The position numbers were made by a program, and so were the translations under genes. The notes under the pieces are model-generated. The model was not told the DNA's origin. It worked only from the letters and a program-made list of their open reading frames with translations, and made no database searches. From NCBI GenBank assembly GCA_016200255.1, contig JACQFA010000095.1:112-64111 (forward strand): a DNA stretch of 64,000 nt, given 5' to 3'. Shown here one piece after another: positions 46,664-56,823 of this stretch. Source of the DNA: Nitrospirota bacterium. Lineage in GTDB: Bacteria > Nitrospirota > Nitrospiria > JACQBZ01. Positions within the stretch are counted from its first letter, which is position 1; each line of letters starts with the position of its first letter.

Positions 46664-48834
46664 GCCAGCACCTCCGAATAGACCGTCTCGATCCCGCGGA
46701 CGAACCGGTCCAGCGTAAACCGCTCCTCCACCTGGCACCGGCCGGCCTCTCCCAGACGTCGCCGAAGATCCGGATCGCGGGCAAGACGGATGACCGCCCC
46801 GGCCAGCGCGACGGCGTCCTGCGGCGGAACGAGCAGCCCGGTCATGCCCTCCTCGACCAGTTCTGGAACCCCTCCCACCGCCGTCGCCACAACCGGGCGG
46901 CCCAACGCCATTGCCTCGATCAGGTTGCGCGGCATCGCCTCTTCGGTCGAGGCCGAAACCAAAATGTCCAGGGAACGAATCACGTCGAGATTGTCCTTGC
47001 GAAATCCGGTAAACCAGACCCGTCCGGAAAGCCCGAGCTCTGAAACCAGCCCATGTAATTTTTTCAGATAGGGCTCACCGGGAAGCGGATCGGACCCGAT
47101 GATAAAAAAACGGGCTTCGATGCCCGCGTCCAGAACACGGCGTGACATTTGCAGAAAAAAATCCTGTCCCTTGATCGGCTTGAGCGTGCCCACAATCCCG
47201 ACCAGAAGAAGATCCGGGCGCGGACCGTATTCCGAGCGCAACCGGTCTTTCGCCTCGGCGATCTTTTCCAGACTGATCCCGTTGTAGACGACCCGGATTT
47301 TCGGCACAAAGCGGTGGCGGTGCGCGAACCGGTCGGCCGCCTCGCGCGAGCAGGCGACGATGCGGGTAACACGCGGCAGAAAATACGGCTCGTCGATCTC
47401 GATCTCCGGCCAGAGCGTATGGACATGCTGGATCACGGGAATCCCGAGCAGACGGGCCGCAAGGATGACCCCGCTCCGCCATAGCGGCGAGTTGATATGG
47501 ATCAGATCGATCCGTTCCCGCAGCATCCACAAAACAAGATTCACGCTGCTTGCGATAAAGACCGGGACCGAACGTACCGATAGCGGAACCAGACGGCTGA
47601 TATGGTAAGGCAGACCCATTCCCTCCAGCGCATGTGTGAACTCGCCGGCCTCGCCGCAAAGCAGTGACGGACAGTAACGGGAGCGGTCCAGACGCGCCAG
47701 AAGATCCAGCAGCACCTGAGGGCTGCCGGTCTTGATCTGGGCCTGATCCTGCACGAACAGAACACGTGCCGGTTGATTGTGCAGGGACGGTCGTGTCTGA
47801 CGCAACCGATGCCTCATTACCTTCTTCATACCCTGAAAAATTTTTAACAGATTCTCGCCGAGCAGTGATTTGAAGAGCAAAAGATAGGTGCGGCCCTGGA
47901 ACGGATGATAGGGAAGCGCCTTCAGAAAATAGCGTCGCGCGGGTCCCATACGATACTGTTCAAAATACCATTCGCCGGTGCTGAACAGGAGGCGATGAAG
48001 GGTCGCCTTACGTGTCTGGCAATGGTCCCCCGAGAGGCCGGGATGCGCATGCATCCGTTCGATCACCCGAAGCTCGTTTTGAAGTTTGAACTCGATCTTC
48101 GTGAAGTCGTTCTGCAAGTTGCCTTCATGGACCAGTCGCAGTACCAGCGGTTCATCGATAAAATCGAACGGAGCCTCCATCGCCAGTCGGAAGTAGAGAT
48201 CCCAGTCCTCCCCGATGATCAGGTCCTCTTCAAAGAGACCGACACGATCCAGGACGTCCCGGCGGACCACGACCGAGGAGAGAATGATTCCGGACCAGGA
48301 GAGCAGCCGCTCTGCCATTCGGCCCCTAAACGACGGGTCGTATCGTCGCTCCTCCATTGTCGTTCCATGACGGTTGATGAACCGGACGGACGAAAAAACA
48401 AGCCCGACGTCCGGCCTCATCCGGAACAGACCGATCTGCTGCTCCAGCTTTCGGGGCGTCCATCGGTCGTCCGAATCGAGAAACGCGATATACTGTCCGG
48501 AGGCGGACTTGATGCCGGCATTCCGCGCTGCAGCCGGCCCGCGATTCGACTGCCGAAGATATCCTACCTGGGGATACCGGCTTTGGACCATCGTCTCAGT
48601 ACCGTCCGTGGACCCGTCATCCACAACAATGATCTCGACCGGTTGATAGGACTGCTCCAGGACCGAATCGATGGCCAATGGCAGGTCCTTCACCCGCTTG
48701 TAGGTCGGAATCACGACCGAAACCAGCGCTTTTTCATCCCGCGTGCTCACGCGCGCTTCCCCCTCGTCCATCTGTCTTTCACAAATCCGTAAAAGCGCCA
48801 GAGGCGGGTCTCGTGATAGAATGCCTCCCGGCAA
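46660..48834 (-). CDS. Bifunctional GT2 + GT4 glycosyltransferase
   Basis: N-terminal VSVVIPTY..DDGSTD..FLDSDD; C-terminal GTLKPIKG..EAMPRNLIEAMALG. True start probably near 48750-48771. Confidence 0.9.
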   Translation of the reverse strand: MPGGILSRDPPLALLRICERQMDEGEARVSTRDEKALVSVVIPTYKRVKDLPLAIDSVLEQSYQPVEIIVVDDGSTDGTETMVQSRYPQVGYLRQSNRGPAAARNAGIKSASGQYIAFLDSDDRWTPRKLEQQIGLFRMRPDVGLVFSSVRFINRHGTTMEERRYDPSFRGRMAERLLSWSGIILSSVVVRRDVLDRVGLFEEDLIIGEDWDLYFRLAMEAPFDFIDEPLVLRLVHEGNLQNDFTKIEFKLQNELRVIERMHAHPGLSGDHCQTRKATLHRLLFSTGEWYFEQYRMGPARRYFLKALPYHPFQGRTYLLLFKSLLGENLLKIFQGMKKVMRHRLRQTRPSLHNQPARVLFVQDQAQIKTGSPQVLLDLLARLDRSRYCPSLLCGEAGEFTHALEGMGLPYHISRLVPLSVRSVPVFIASSVNLVLWMLRERIDLIHINSPLWRSGVILAARLLGIPVIQHVHTLWPEIEIDEPYFLPRVTRIVACSREAADRFAHRHRFVPKIRVVYNGISLEKIAEAKDRLRSEYGPRPDLLLVGIVGTLKPIKGQDFFLQMSRRVLDAGIEARFFIIGSDPLPGEPYLKKLHGLVSELGLSGRVWFTGFRKDNLDVIRSLDILVSASTEEAMPRNLIEAMALGRPVVATAVGGVPELVEEGMTGLLVPPQDAVALAGAVIRLARDPDLRRRLGEAGRCQVEERFTLDRFVRGIETVYSEVLA

Positions 48835-49694
48835 CGCGGGTTAATCACAAATCGTGCGACCATGCGGACTAGGTCATCCAGGGCGCGGCGATACATCCAC
48901 CGCGGCACGCCCAGGATTTTTGGAACGCCTGGATCTTCGTCCAGACGCATCCGCGAATTCGCCATGCCCTGCGTCATCCACCATTGGCGGACATACCTTC
49001 GCGTCAGCCGGTCCGGTTGAACGATGTGGTAGACCACGATGTCCGGGGCATATAGAACGCGTCCCCCATCCTTTAAAATCCGCCGGAACAGTTCATAATC
49101 CTCCGATCGGTGCAGCGTGCCGTCGCTCAGATCTTCCCGAAACATGCCGTATTTTCGGAAAACGTCGGCGCGGGCCGCCATGTTGGCGCCGCAGGGAAGT
49201 GTATGACGGTCGAGTTCAAGAAAGATAGGTTCCGTGTAGGGATAGTAGTACGCCACCACACCGCGGTACTCCGGATGAAACCAGTCGGGCCATTGGCCGT
49301 TCCAGTCAGGAACCACACGTCCGCCGATCAAATCGGGCCGGTACATTTCAAAGCGCTGAAGGATCCGCTCCAGCCAGTCCGGGGCCAAGCGCACATCGTC
49401 ATCCGTAAACGCCAGATATTCTCCTTTGGCTTCCCGGATGGCCCGGTTCAAGGCGTAGGATTTTCCCTGTCGCTCTTCGAACAGATACCGAACAGCCGGC
49501 TTCGCCGTCTCGGCCTTCTGCCGCACCGTCTCCGGCGTCCCATCGTTGGAATTGTTGTCCACCACCAGCACTTCAAACTGGTCCGATGGAAAGCTCTGGG
49601 AAAGAATCGAATCCAGGGCACACACCAGCAGCGGCTCGCGATTATAGGTGCAGATGATCGCCGAGATTTTGATCTTTTTGTTTATGTCCGCCAT
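48747..49694 (-). CDS. GT2 glycosyltransferase
   Basis: IICTYNR, VDNNS, FTDDD, GANMA and ED motifs. Confidence 0.92.
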   Translation of the reverse strand: MADINKKIKISAIICTYNREPLLVCALDSILSQSFPSDQFEVLVVDNNSNDGTPETVRQKAETAKPAVRYLFEERQGKSYALNRAIREAKGEYLAFTDDDVRLAPDWLERILQRFEMYRPDLIGGRVVPDWNGQWPDWFHPEYRGVVAYYYPYTEPIFLELDRHTLPCGANMAARADVFRKYGMFREDLSDGTLHRSEDYELFRRILKDGGRVLYAPDIVVYHIVQPDRLTRRYVRQWWMTQGMANSRMRLDEDPGVPKILGVPRWMYRRALDDLVRMVARFVINPRCREAFYHETRLWRFYGFVKDRWTRGKRA

Positions 49695-49698
49695 CGCT

Positions 49699-51000
49699 TC
49701 AGACTACACAGATCCCGGTTTCCTGCAACAGCCGAATCAAGGCCTCGATTCGAACCGGCCAGCCGTTTTCAGCGGCAATCGACTTGCGGCTGTCCCGCTG
49801 AGCCTGATCCTCCTTGGTGGCCTGTTCGACCATCCGGACAAAATCGTCGGGATCGGCCGCGATCCGGATCATCTTCTCCACCCGTTCGATTCCCGCAGTC
49901 CGCGTCGCGACGACCGGTTTGCCGAAAGCGAAATAGTCATAGATCTTGATCGGGTCGTTGCCTTTCGTATGATCATTAATTAAAAATGGCAGGATGCAGA
50001 CATCAAATCGTTCAAGATAGACCGGCAGCTCCAGGTACGGCACCGGCGGAATACAATGGACATTAGGCCGTGCGAAGATCTCACGGGCCCGATGGTTCTC
50101 CGGACGAAACATCAGAGGGCCGATGAAAACAAACAACCAGTCGACCAGCCGCTGGGTCAAGGCATCCAGAATGTCGAGATCAATCCGTTGCTCATTAATC
50201 CAGCCCATGTATCCCACCACTGGCCGCTGAGTCTTTGGCCAGTCCAGAGGCCGCCGGGGTTCGGTTCCTTGAGGGAGTTGGTCAATGACAGGGAAATTAG
50301 TCGCATTCGTCAGAACATGGCTGTTCGGATTCAGAACGAGGGCCCGGGCGGCGAGCGATTCGTTCACCGCAAGCACCAGATCCGCCCTCTGGATATATTT
50401 CTCGCAGAGCCGGTTAACCTCCGCCCTCTTGCCGGCTTCTCTAAAGAACTCTACAAAGTCGTCCGACCAGTCGAAGACAACGGCAGAAGCGTCTTTTATG
50501 ATACGATTAATGATTGGTTCCATCTCGCTGTCAATGTTTCCCACCACCGCCACGTAATTATCCGCGCCGATCGATCGCCGCATCCGGGCTGAAATCTCAA
50601 CGACGTCGAGCCTGGAAAAGATCCGTGACGATCGGGAGAATGGGATCCAATGGATCGGGGTCACGACCCGAAGTTTCTCTCCGATTCGTTGTGTTGCAAC
50701 GGCCTCCCAGGTCAGCGGAACAAGACCGAACCGGGACCGCCCCCGGCCTAAGAGGAGACTCGTGAACCACACCCCGGCGTTCATGACGATGACCCGATCG
50801 ATTTCCGGTCGGAGCGACAGGTGATACATCATGCTCTGTTGCCGCTTCCACAGGACACTCCAGGGCTCTTCGCCGAATCCGACCACCGTCAACCCCGGCC
50901 TCCGGTGGTCACCCTGGCCTTTTGAATGACTTAGGGAATCCATCCTCTTCACGGGTGATTTGTTCGGAACTACCGTTTGGATATCCGGGAGGGGTGACAT
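49699..51000 (-). CDS. GT-B glycosyltransferase (TuaH-like)
   Basis: WKRQQ, FDWSDD, GYMGWI and DPIKIYDYFAFGKPVV. Confidence 0.85.
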   Translation of the reverse strand: MSPLPDIQTVVPNKSPVKRMDSLSHSKGQGDHRRPGLTVVGFGEEPWSVLWKRQQSMMYHLSLRPEIDRVIVMNAGVWFTSLLLGRGRSRFGLVPLTWEAVATQRIGEKLRVVTPIHWIPFSRSSRIFSRLDVVEISARMRRSIGADNYVAVVGNIDSEMEPIINRIIKDASAVVFDWSDDFVEFFREAGKRAEVNRLCEKYIQRADLVLAVNESLAARALVLNPNSHVLTNATNFPVIDQLPQGTEPRRPLDWPKTQRPVVGYMGWINEQRIDLDILDALTQRLVDWLFVFIGPLMFRPENHRAREIFARPNVHCIPPVPYLELPVYLERFDVCILPFLINDHTKGNDPIKIYDYFAFGKPVVATRTAGIERVEKMIRIAADPDDFVRMVEQATKEDQAQRDSRKSIAAENGWPVRIEALIRLLQETGICVV

Positions 51001-51015
51001 CGTTTATGGCTCCGA

Positions 51016-52740
51016 TCAACCCGCATACCGACGGGCCTCACCCTGTTCCGTCTGAAATTGGTTTAACCTTTTGGGGTCTGGCTTCGACAACCAGTTTCGA
51101 CGTTGGGGGCGCCCGAAACGGAGTAACTCAGGCACGCTTACAAAACGGAAACGACCGCCGAAGCGTTCCAGAAGCATTTCTACCGCCTGAAGCGTCGGTT
51201 CGCGGGTGATGAATTTTTGGTCGCTGAATGCATGCAATGCGTCATGAAGTAGGATAATGTTGCCGGGCCGCATCTGGTCTGCCAGCCGCTGGACGATCAA
51301 GTCGGCATCGTGACCGAGCCAATCTTCCGCCGACACGCTCCAAGCGATCACCCGATTGCCCAACCACAGCGCATCGAGTCGCGACGACAGGCTCTGATGG
51401 CCGTAGGGAGGCCGGAATAACTTCTGGCCGTACGGAGCCAGCGCGCGCGCGCAGGCGCGGATTTGCTCCCGTCGTTCACGACCGCTCAGAAGAGGAAACG
51501 AGGCGTGGTCCCAGGAATGGTTGCCGATCACATGTCCGGCCTCCGCCACGCGCTTCACGAGATTGGGATATTTTTTGGCTCTTTCACCCACCATAAAAAA
51601 AGTGGCCCGAGCCCCGTGCCGTTTCAGGATATCGAGCAGCCGCGGCGTAAACTCCGGATGCGGTCCATCATCAAAGGTCAGGGCCACTACCGGCTCCTGA
51701 CTCTCCACATGGGTGATGGTTCCCATCACACGGCAGACCACGGTCTCGAAGGGTCGGCGCAGAATCCAAGCGCCTCTGCCGTTTCCAATGAAGGGGATGC
51801 GAAGGGTCTCGTAGATCTGACCAAGAAACCAACAGGTCTCAAGCCAGTAAAAAAGCGCCTTCTTATATTGTCCAGTCGCGATGGCCACCACACCCCACCC
51901 CACCCGGGGCAGGAGCATTCTGACAAGGTAGCGCGGCACGCCCAGATAACGGACCGCGTCTTCAGGAAAATCGTCTCGGCGGCCGATGGACCGGCCGATA
52001 TTGAAATAAGAGACCGTAAAGTAATGCCGCGTCATTTTATCCCGGTCGACAATATGATAAATAACCGCATCGGGAATGTAGATGAACTTCTCTCCTGCAC
52101 GCAGCAACCGGCCGAAGAAATCGGAGTCCTCTCCAAAGAAGGCCTTCTTTCCGCTTTTGCCCAGGTCCGTCCGAAAAAGACCGCAGCGTTCGAACACCTT
52201 CCGCCGGAACCACATGTTGCCTCCGATCGGAAAATACATGCCCTCTCGGTATTCAATCGGACTGTCCCCCAGATCATGGCCGGCCACCACCCCGCTCTTG
52301 AGCATATGAAACATTCCGGTCCCGACAAACCACCACGGGGGGGTAAAGCGCCATTCCGGAAGAACACGCCCCCCGAACCCAGAGTAGTCAGGATAGGCGA
52401 CCGAGGCAAGAGCCATGGCGGATAACCATCCCGGATCCACGACGACATCGTCATCCGTAAAAGCGATGATCTCTCCATGGGCTTCCTGGATTCCTCTGTT
52501 TCGTGCCCAAGACAACCCCTGCCGCGTCTCAAAAATATACCGAATCAGGCCGGGATGGGCAGTCATCGCGGCCTCGGTCACCTTCCGGGTTTCATCGTTG
52601 GAATTATTATCCACGACCAAGATTTCGTACGACAGTCCGGCCGCGGTCTCGAGTTTGGCCAATGCGTCGAGAGTCGTTGCAAGTTGCGGGGCGCGGTTGT
52701 ACGTGCAAAGCACGATGCTGATGTCGGTTTTCGTCTTCAT
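51016..52740 (-). CDS. GT2 glycosyltransferase fused to NodB/CE4 polysaccharide deacetylase
   Basis: N-terminal LCTYNR..FTDDD; C-terminal TFDDGP, GNHSWDH, FRPPYG and ILLHD. Confidence 0.92.
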   Translation of the reverse strand: MKTKTDISIVLCTYNRAPQLATTLDALAKLETAAGLSYEILVVDNNSNDETRKVTEAAMTAHPGLIRYIFETRQGLSWARNRGIQEAHGEIIAFTDDDVVVDPGWLSAMALASVAYPDYSGFGGRVLPEWRFTPPWWFVGTGMFHMLKSGVVAGHDLGDSPIEYREGMYFPIGGNMWFRRKVFERCGLFRTDLGKSGKKAFFGEDSDFFGRLLRAGEKFIYIPDAVIYHIVDRDKMTRHYFTVSYFNIGRSIGRRDDFPEDAVRYLGVPRYLVRMLLPRVGWGVVAIATGQYKKALFYWLETCWFLGQIYETLRIPFIGNGRGAWILRRPFETVVCRVMGTITHVESQEPVVALTFDDGPHPEFTPRLLDILKRHGARATFFMVGERAKKYPNLVKRVAEAGHVIGNHSWDHASFPLLSGRERREQIRACARALAPYGQKLFRPPYGHQSLSSRLDALWLGNRVIAWSVSAEDWLGHDADLIVQRLADQMRPGNIILLHDALHAFSDQKFITREPTLQAVEMLLERFGGRFRFVSVPELLRFGRPQRRNWLSKPDPKRLNQFQTEQGEARRYAG

Positions 52741-54276
52741 CTAAGCCACCGCGCGGGAAACAAAACCCATGACCGTCCGATATTTTCCCTGAACGAATTG
52801 CGGCAGGCGGTCGCCGATCCGTATTAAAACATCCACGTCACCGGACGAAACTGCCCGGAACAACACCACCATGACCAGATAGATCACAGCCCCGATCGCC
52901 ACAAGCGCCAGCAACCCGCCGGTCCCGGGGAAAAATCCCTTCAGCAGCCAGACAACGGCCCCCATCATCAGGGCACTGGCCGCGGCTCGCAGAAAAGCCG
53001 CGATGGGGAAAGAGAATCGGAAAAAATAATAGATGATAAACGGCCCTGTGAAAACCCCCAGCAGTTGCGTGGTACTGTTCGCGATCACGGCCCCCATCAC
53101 GCCGTGGTTCGGAATCAAAAGCAGATCGAGTGTGATGTTCAGAACGGTCCAAATCAATGCGGTGTAGATCTTGATATGCACCAGGTTGGCGCTGTACATC
53201 ACACTGGCAAGCCCGGCCCCGATCCGTGCGCCCGCGGAGGACAGAAACAGAATCGCCATGGCTGAGGCGGCCGGCAGATATTGCGCGCCGTACATCATGA
53301 GAACGATCCGGTCGGCGAGCACCGCGCCGCCGATCGCCAGCGGCAGCGAGACCAGTGAAAGATACTGGATGGACTTTTGATAGATCCTCCCCATCCCGTC
53401 GTGGTCTTTGGTGCCAAATGCCTGGGAATGGATCGGGATCAATACATTGCTGATCGAACTGGCGAAAAACGAAACGGCCGTGGTCGTAAAACCGAACGCG
53501 AGCGAATAAAAACCGACCTCCTGCAACGACCGGAACTTGCCCAGAAAAAACACCTCGGAGCGCTGCCAGACAATGGCATCGAGGAAATTCATCGCTGTCA
53601 CACCCAAGTTGAACTTCGTGATCTCGGATCGCACCTTCGGGGCCAGTCGCGCCGACCGGTCCAGCAGGCCTTCGCGCCGGGCGGCCCAGTAATTGGCGAA
53701 AAACCCGATCGTGGATGTGAACGTGACCACAAGCAACAGCCCGATCACGCCGTAGCCGGCCAGCAGGACCGCCAGCGACAGGCCGAATTCTAGCGGCGTC
53801 ATGACTAGATTGATCCACATCGAGTATTGATACTTTTGAATGCCGGTCAGGCTTGCACCGAAGATCTGTCCAACCGCCGAAGGCAGGATTGAGATCGCGG
53901 CCCAGATGAAATACCGCTGTGCATCGGGCAGATTGAAAAAGCACGCAATCGGCCCGGAGAAAATAATCAGCACGGCCGTCACCGCCAAGGCGGCGATGAT
54001 CCGGATGTTGAGCATGAAGTTGATCACCCCGGAGATGGAACGCCGGTCGTTCTGTCCTTCATACTCGGCCACGTGCTTCTTCAGACTCATCACGATACCG
54101 AGGTTGACGAACAACAAAGCGATGCTCACGGTCCAGGTCACCAGGGAAAACGCACCCAGATTCTGGGGACCCAGAAGCCGGGCAATGATGACCGAGAGCA
54201 CCACGCCGTTCAGAAGGGTCAACAGGTTGTTGACGAAACTGAACAGGATATTTTTGATCGCGGTTAGGGATCGCAT
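52741..54276 (-). CDS. wzx: Wzx flippase
   Basis: 12-14 TM helices; ARLLGP..G, VGFYSLAF and LLIP..G..GA.IA MOP-family pattern. Confidence 0.9.
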   Translation of the reverse strand: MRSLTAIKNILFSFVNNLLTLLNGVVLSVIIARLLGPQNLGAFSLVTWTVSIALLFVNLGIVMSLKKHVAEYEGQNDRRSISGVINFMLNIRIIAALAVTAVLIIFSGPIACFFNLPDAQRYFIWAAISILPSAVGQIFGASLTGIQKYQYSMWINLVMTPLEFGLSLAVLLAGYGVIGLLLVVTFTSTIGFFANYWAARREGLLDRSARLAPKVRSEITKFNLGVTAMNFLDAIVWQRSEVFFLGKFRSLQEVGFYSLAFGFTTTAVSFFASSISNVLIPIHSQAFGTKDHDGMGRIYQKSIQYLSLVSLPLAIGGAVLADRIVLMMYGAQYLPAASAMAILFLSSAGARIGAGLASVMYSANLVHIKIYTALIWTVLNITLDLLLIPNHGVMGAVIANSTTQLLGVFTGPFIIYYFFRFSFPIAAFLRAAASALMMGAVVWLLKGFFPGTGGLLALVAIGAVIYLVMVVLFRAVSSGDVDVLIRIGDRLPQFVQGKYRTVMGFVSRAVA

Positions 54277-54300
54277 CGTTCTCGGCTCAGCGCGGGCTGA

Positions 54301-55431
54301 TCAAACCCTCCATTGCCGTACGCGGTAGACGCAGTCCTTGCAGACCGGGTGCGGATCATCCGAAACCAGTCGTCGTCGGAAGTCCTTGTAGAGCGGTCCG
54401 TTCCAGATTTCATCATACGATTTCTCAAAGAAATTTCCGAAATTCACCAGACGGGGATCCGTTCCCTGAATCGGACAGGGGATGGCGTAACCATCCGCCG
54501 TGACATAAATATCGACCCACGGCACATGACAGACGGTATGATCGGACCCCTCCCATTCGAAGAACGGCCGGATCAATTGGACGCCAAGCTCGGCCGCCTT
54601 TTCGTTCGCCGTTCTCCGGATCTCGGCCATCTCGTCCTTGGGCACGTTGTCGAACAGGTTTTGTTTTCCGTAAATTTCGTCCTTGATATTGATCCCGTTG
54701 ACCTTGACCAGCGTAGTCTCATCTTTCCCCCAGAAATGCATGTACTGGGGCTGGACCGCCGTCACGCCCAGCTCTTTCGCCAGTTCGATTAACTTGAGAA
54801 ATTCCCGGATGTTGTCCTTCATGCAGACCATCGAGAAATAGATCCACGGCGTCTTGGAATTCATCTCTTTCTTGAGCTCGAGGATGCGCTTGATGTTCCG
54901 GATCAGCCGGTCGAAGTTCCCGCGCACCCGGATCTTCTCATAGGTCTCCTTCGTCGCGCCGTCCACCGAGATGGCCAGGACCTGCAGCCCGTTGGCGATC
55001 AGCTTTCTTGCATTCGGTTCGTCGATCGGGATCCCGTTGCTGCTCATGATCGTTTTGAGATTTCGTTCCTTCGAGGCATACTCGATCATACGGTAGATAT
55101 CCTTGTTGAGCAGCGGCTCGCCCATCCCATGCATGATCACGCGGTTCAAGTCCGGCATCTGATCGATGATATGCCGGAAACCTTCGTAGGTCAGGTCGGG
55201 ACACATCCGGTCCCAATAGGTCACGTCGCAATGGACGCATTTGAGATTACAGCGCACCGTCGGCTCGATATGCACCACGCGGGGCTTGACAAAAACATGG
55301 GTCAGGTTGGTGTTCTGGGCCAGTTCCTCGCCGATCCTGCGGGCGGCATGCTGCGCGTAACCTCGCAGACCCATTTTCGCCAAGACTCGCGGCGCGTTGA
55401 TAATTCTCTTCGTCCAAACTGCGGCACTCAT
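54301..55431 (-). CDS. Radical SAM protein with SPASM/twitch domain
   Basis: CNLKCVHC and GMGEPLL; C-terminal CHVPW..PCP..FGN..IWNG..CKDC. Start MSAAVW behind GGAGG. Confidence 0.9.
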   Translation of the reverse strand: MSAAVWTKRIINAPRVLAKMGLRGYAQHAARRIGEELAQNTNLTHVFVKPRVVHIEPTVRCNLKCVHCDVTYWDRMCPDLTYEGFRHIIDQMPDLNRVIMHGMGEPLLNKDIYRMIEYASKERNLKTIMSSNGIPIDEPNARKLIANGLQVLAISVDGATKETYEKIRVRGNFDRLIRNIKRILELKKEMNSKTPWIYFSMVCMKDNIREFLKLIELAKELGVTAVQPQYMHFWGKDETTLVKVNGINIKDEIYGKQNLFDNVPKDEMAEIRRTANEKAAELGVQLIRPFFEWEGSDHTVCHVPWVDIYVTADGYAIPCPIQGTDPRLVNFGNFFEKSYDEIWNGPLYKDFRRRLVSDDPHPVCKDCVYRVRQWRV

Positions 55432-55484
55432 AACAACCTCCGTTTTCTTTCTCAAGTCTTTCTGTTTCCGTCCCTGCGAATTTA

Positions 55485-55823
55485 CTACCTCGATGGGGGA
55501 ATGGCCTGATCCGCCAGCGGCTTGACCGGCGGCGGAATCGTAACGGTCACGTCCCCTTTCACTCTCGTCTGGCAAGCCAGCCGGTAATCTCCATCCAATT
55601 GCTCCCGATCCAGAACTTCCTTTTCATCCACATCCATCTCCGAAAGCGCCGGGGCTCCACCGGAGCCGATCCGGACACGGCAGGTGCTGCAGGAAGCGAC
55701 GCCGCCGCATTCGTGATTTAATTCCACGCCGAGCCGCCCGGCCGCCTCAAGTACGGTTTCGCCTTCCGATATCTCGCCACTTTTATTCTCGGGGAAAAAC
55801 GTGATTTTGAACGTGCCAGCCAT
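55485..55823 (-). CDS. 2Fe-2S ferredoxin
   Basis: HECGGVASCSTC...RLACQ. Confidence 0.92.
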   Translation of the reverse strand: MAGTFKITFFPENKSGEISEGETVLEAAGRLGVELNHECGGVASCSTCRVRIGSGGAPALSEMDVDEKEVLDREQLDGDYRLACQTRVKGDVTVTIPPPVKPLADQAIPPSR

Positions 55824-55983
55824 CTTCAACTTCCTTTCCGATTCTATTCGCATCCTCGTTTATGAATCTTTTATTATATACCGCCTCCGACCGCATACGC
55901 CACTGATTCTGCGTCTTTCCACGATCGAAAATGGGGAAAGACGTTCTCCGTTCCATTTCCCGGACGAAAGCATCCTACACCCT

Positions 55984-56823
55984 TCAACTCACGACCTTGG
56001 GCTTAAGAAACATCTCCAGCGCCGTTTTCCATGGGCGCATGGTAAATCCGGCCTTATTGAGTTCCGTATTTTTTAACACCGAATAGGCCGGGCGTCGGGC
56101 CGGACGATGCAGTTCGTCAAACGTGATCGGCTCTATTTCTTTTTGAAGCCCTACAATTTTCAGGATCTCACGCCCATACTCAACCCAATTGCATTCTCCC
56201 TCGCCTGAAACATGAACTATTTTATTCGAGAGACCTGTCCCAACTAAATGCCGAATCGCCTGTGCCAGATCCAGGGCACGGGTCGGGCTTCCCACCTTGT
56301 CTTTCACAAGACGGAGCACAGGTTGCGTCCTGGCCCATTCCTGAACACTGGCCACAAAGTTTTTCCGGCCCTCGCCATAAACCCAGGAGGTGCGGACGAT
56401 CAACCAGCGACCCGCCCCCTCTTGCGCGACCTTCTCTCCGGCCAGCTTGGATTGTCCGTAGACGTTGATGGGATTCGTAGTGTCTGTTTCAAGATACGGC
56501 GTACCCCGGGTGCCGTCAAACACATAATCGGTGGAGATGTAAACCATGAGCGCGCCGGATCGCTTCGCCCCCTCCGCGACATGACGAGTGCCCTGCTCAT
56601 TCACGAGGAAGGCCCGATCCGGCTCAAGCTCGCAGGCATCCACATCCGTCAGAGCCGCGGCATGAATCACCACGTCCGGCTTGAATTGAAGGATGGTCTG
56701 AGCAATGGCCGGCCGGGTGATGTCGTCCGTCTCACGGCTTCCGAGATGGAGATCACTGTCCCGGCAGACCTCGGCGACGGCCCGACCGAGCTGCCCGTTC
56801 CCCCCTGTAACAAAAATTCTCAT
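55984..56823 (-). CDS. rfbD: dTDP-4-dehydrorhamnose reductase
   Basis: GGNGQLG, STDYVFDG, YGQSK and RTSWVYG. Confidence 0.95.
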   Translation of the reverse strand: MRIFVTGGNGQLGRAVAEVCRDSDLHLGSRETDDITRPAIAQTILQFKPDVVIHAAALTDVDACELEPDRAFLVNEQGTRHVAEGAKRSGALMVYISTDYVFDGTRGTPYLETDTTNPINVYGQSKLAGEKVAQEGAGRWLIVRTSWVYGEGRKNFVASVQEWARTQPVLRLVKDKVGSPTRALDLAQAIRHLVGTGLSNKIVHVSGEGECNWVEYGREILKIVGLQKEIEPITFDELHRPARRPAYSVLKNTELNKAGFTMRPWKTALEMFLKPKVVS

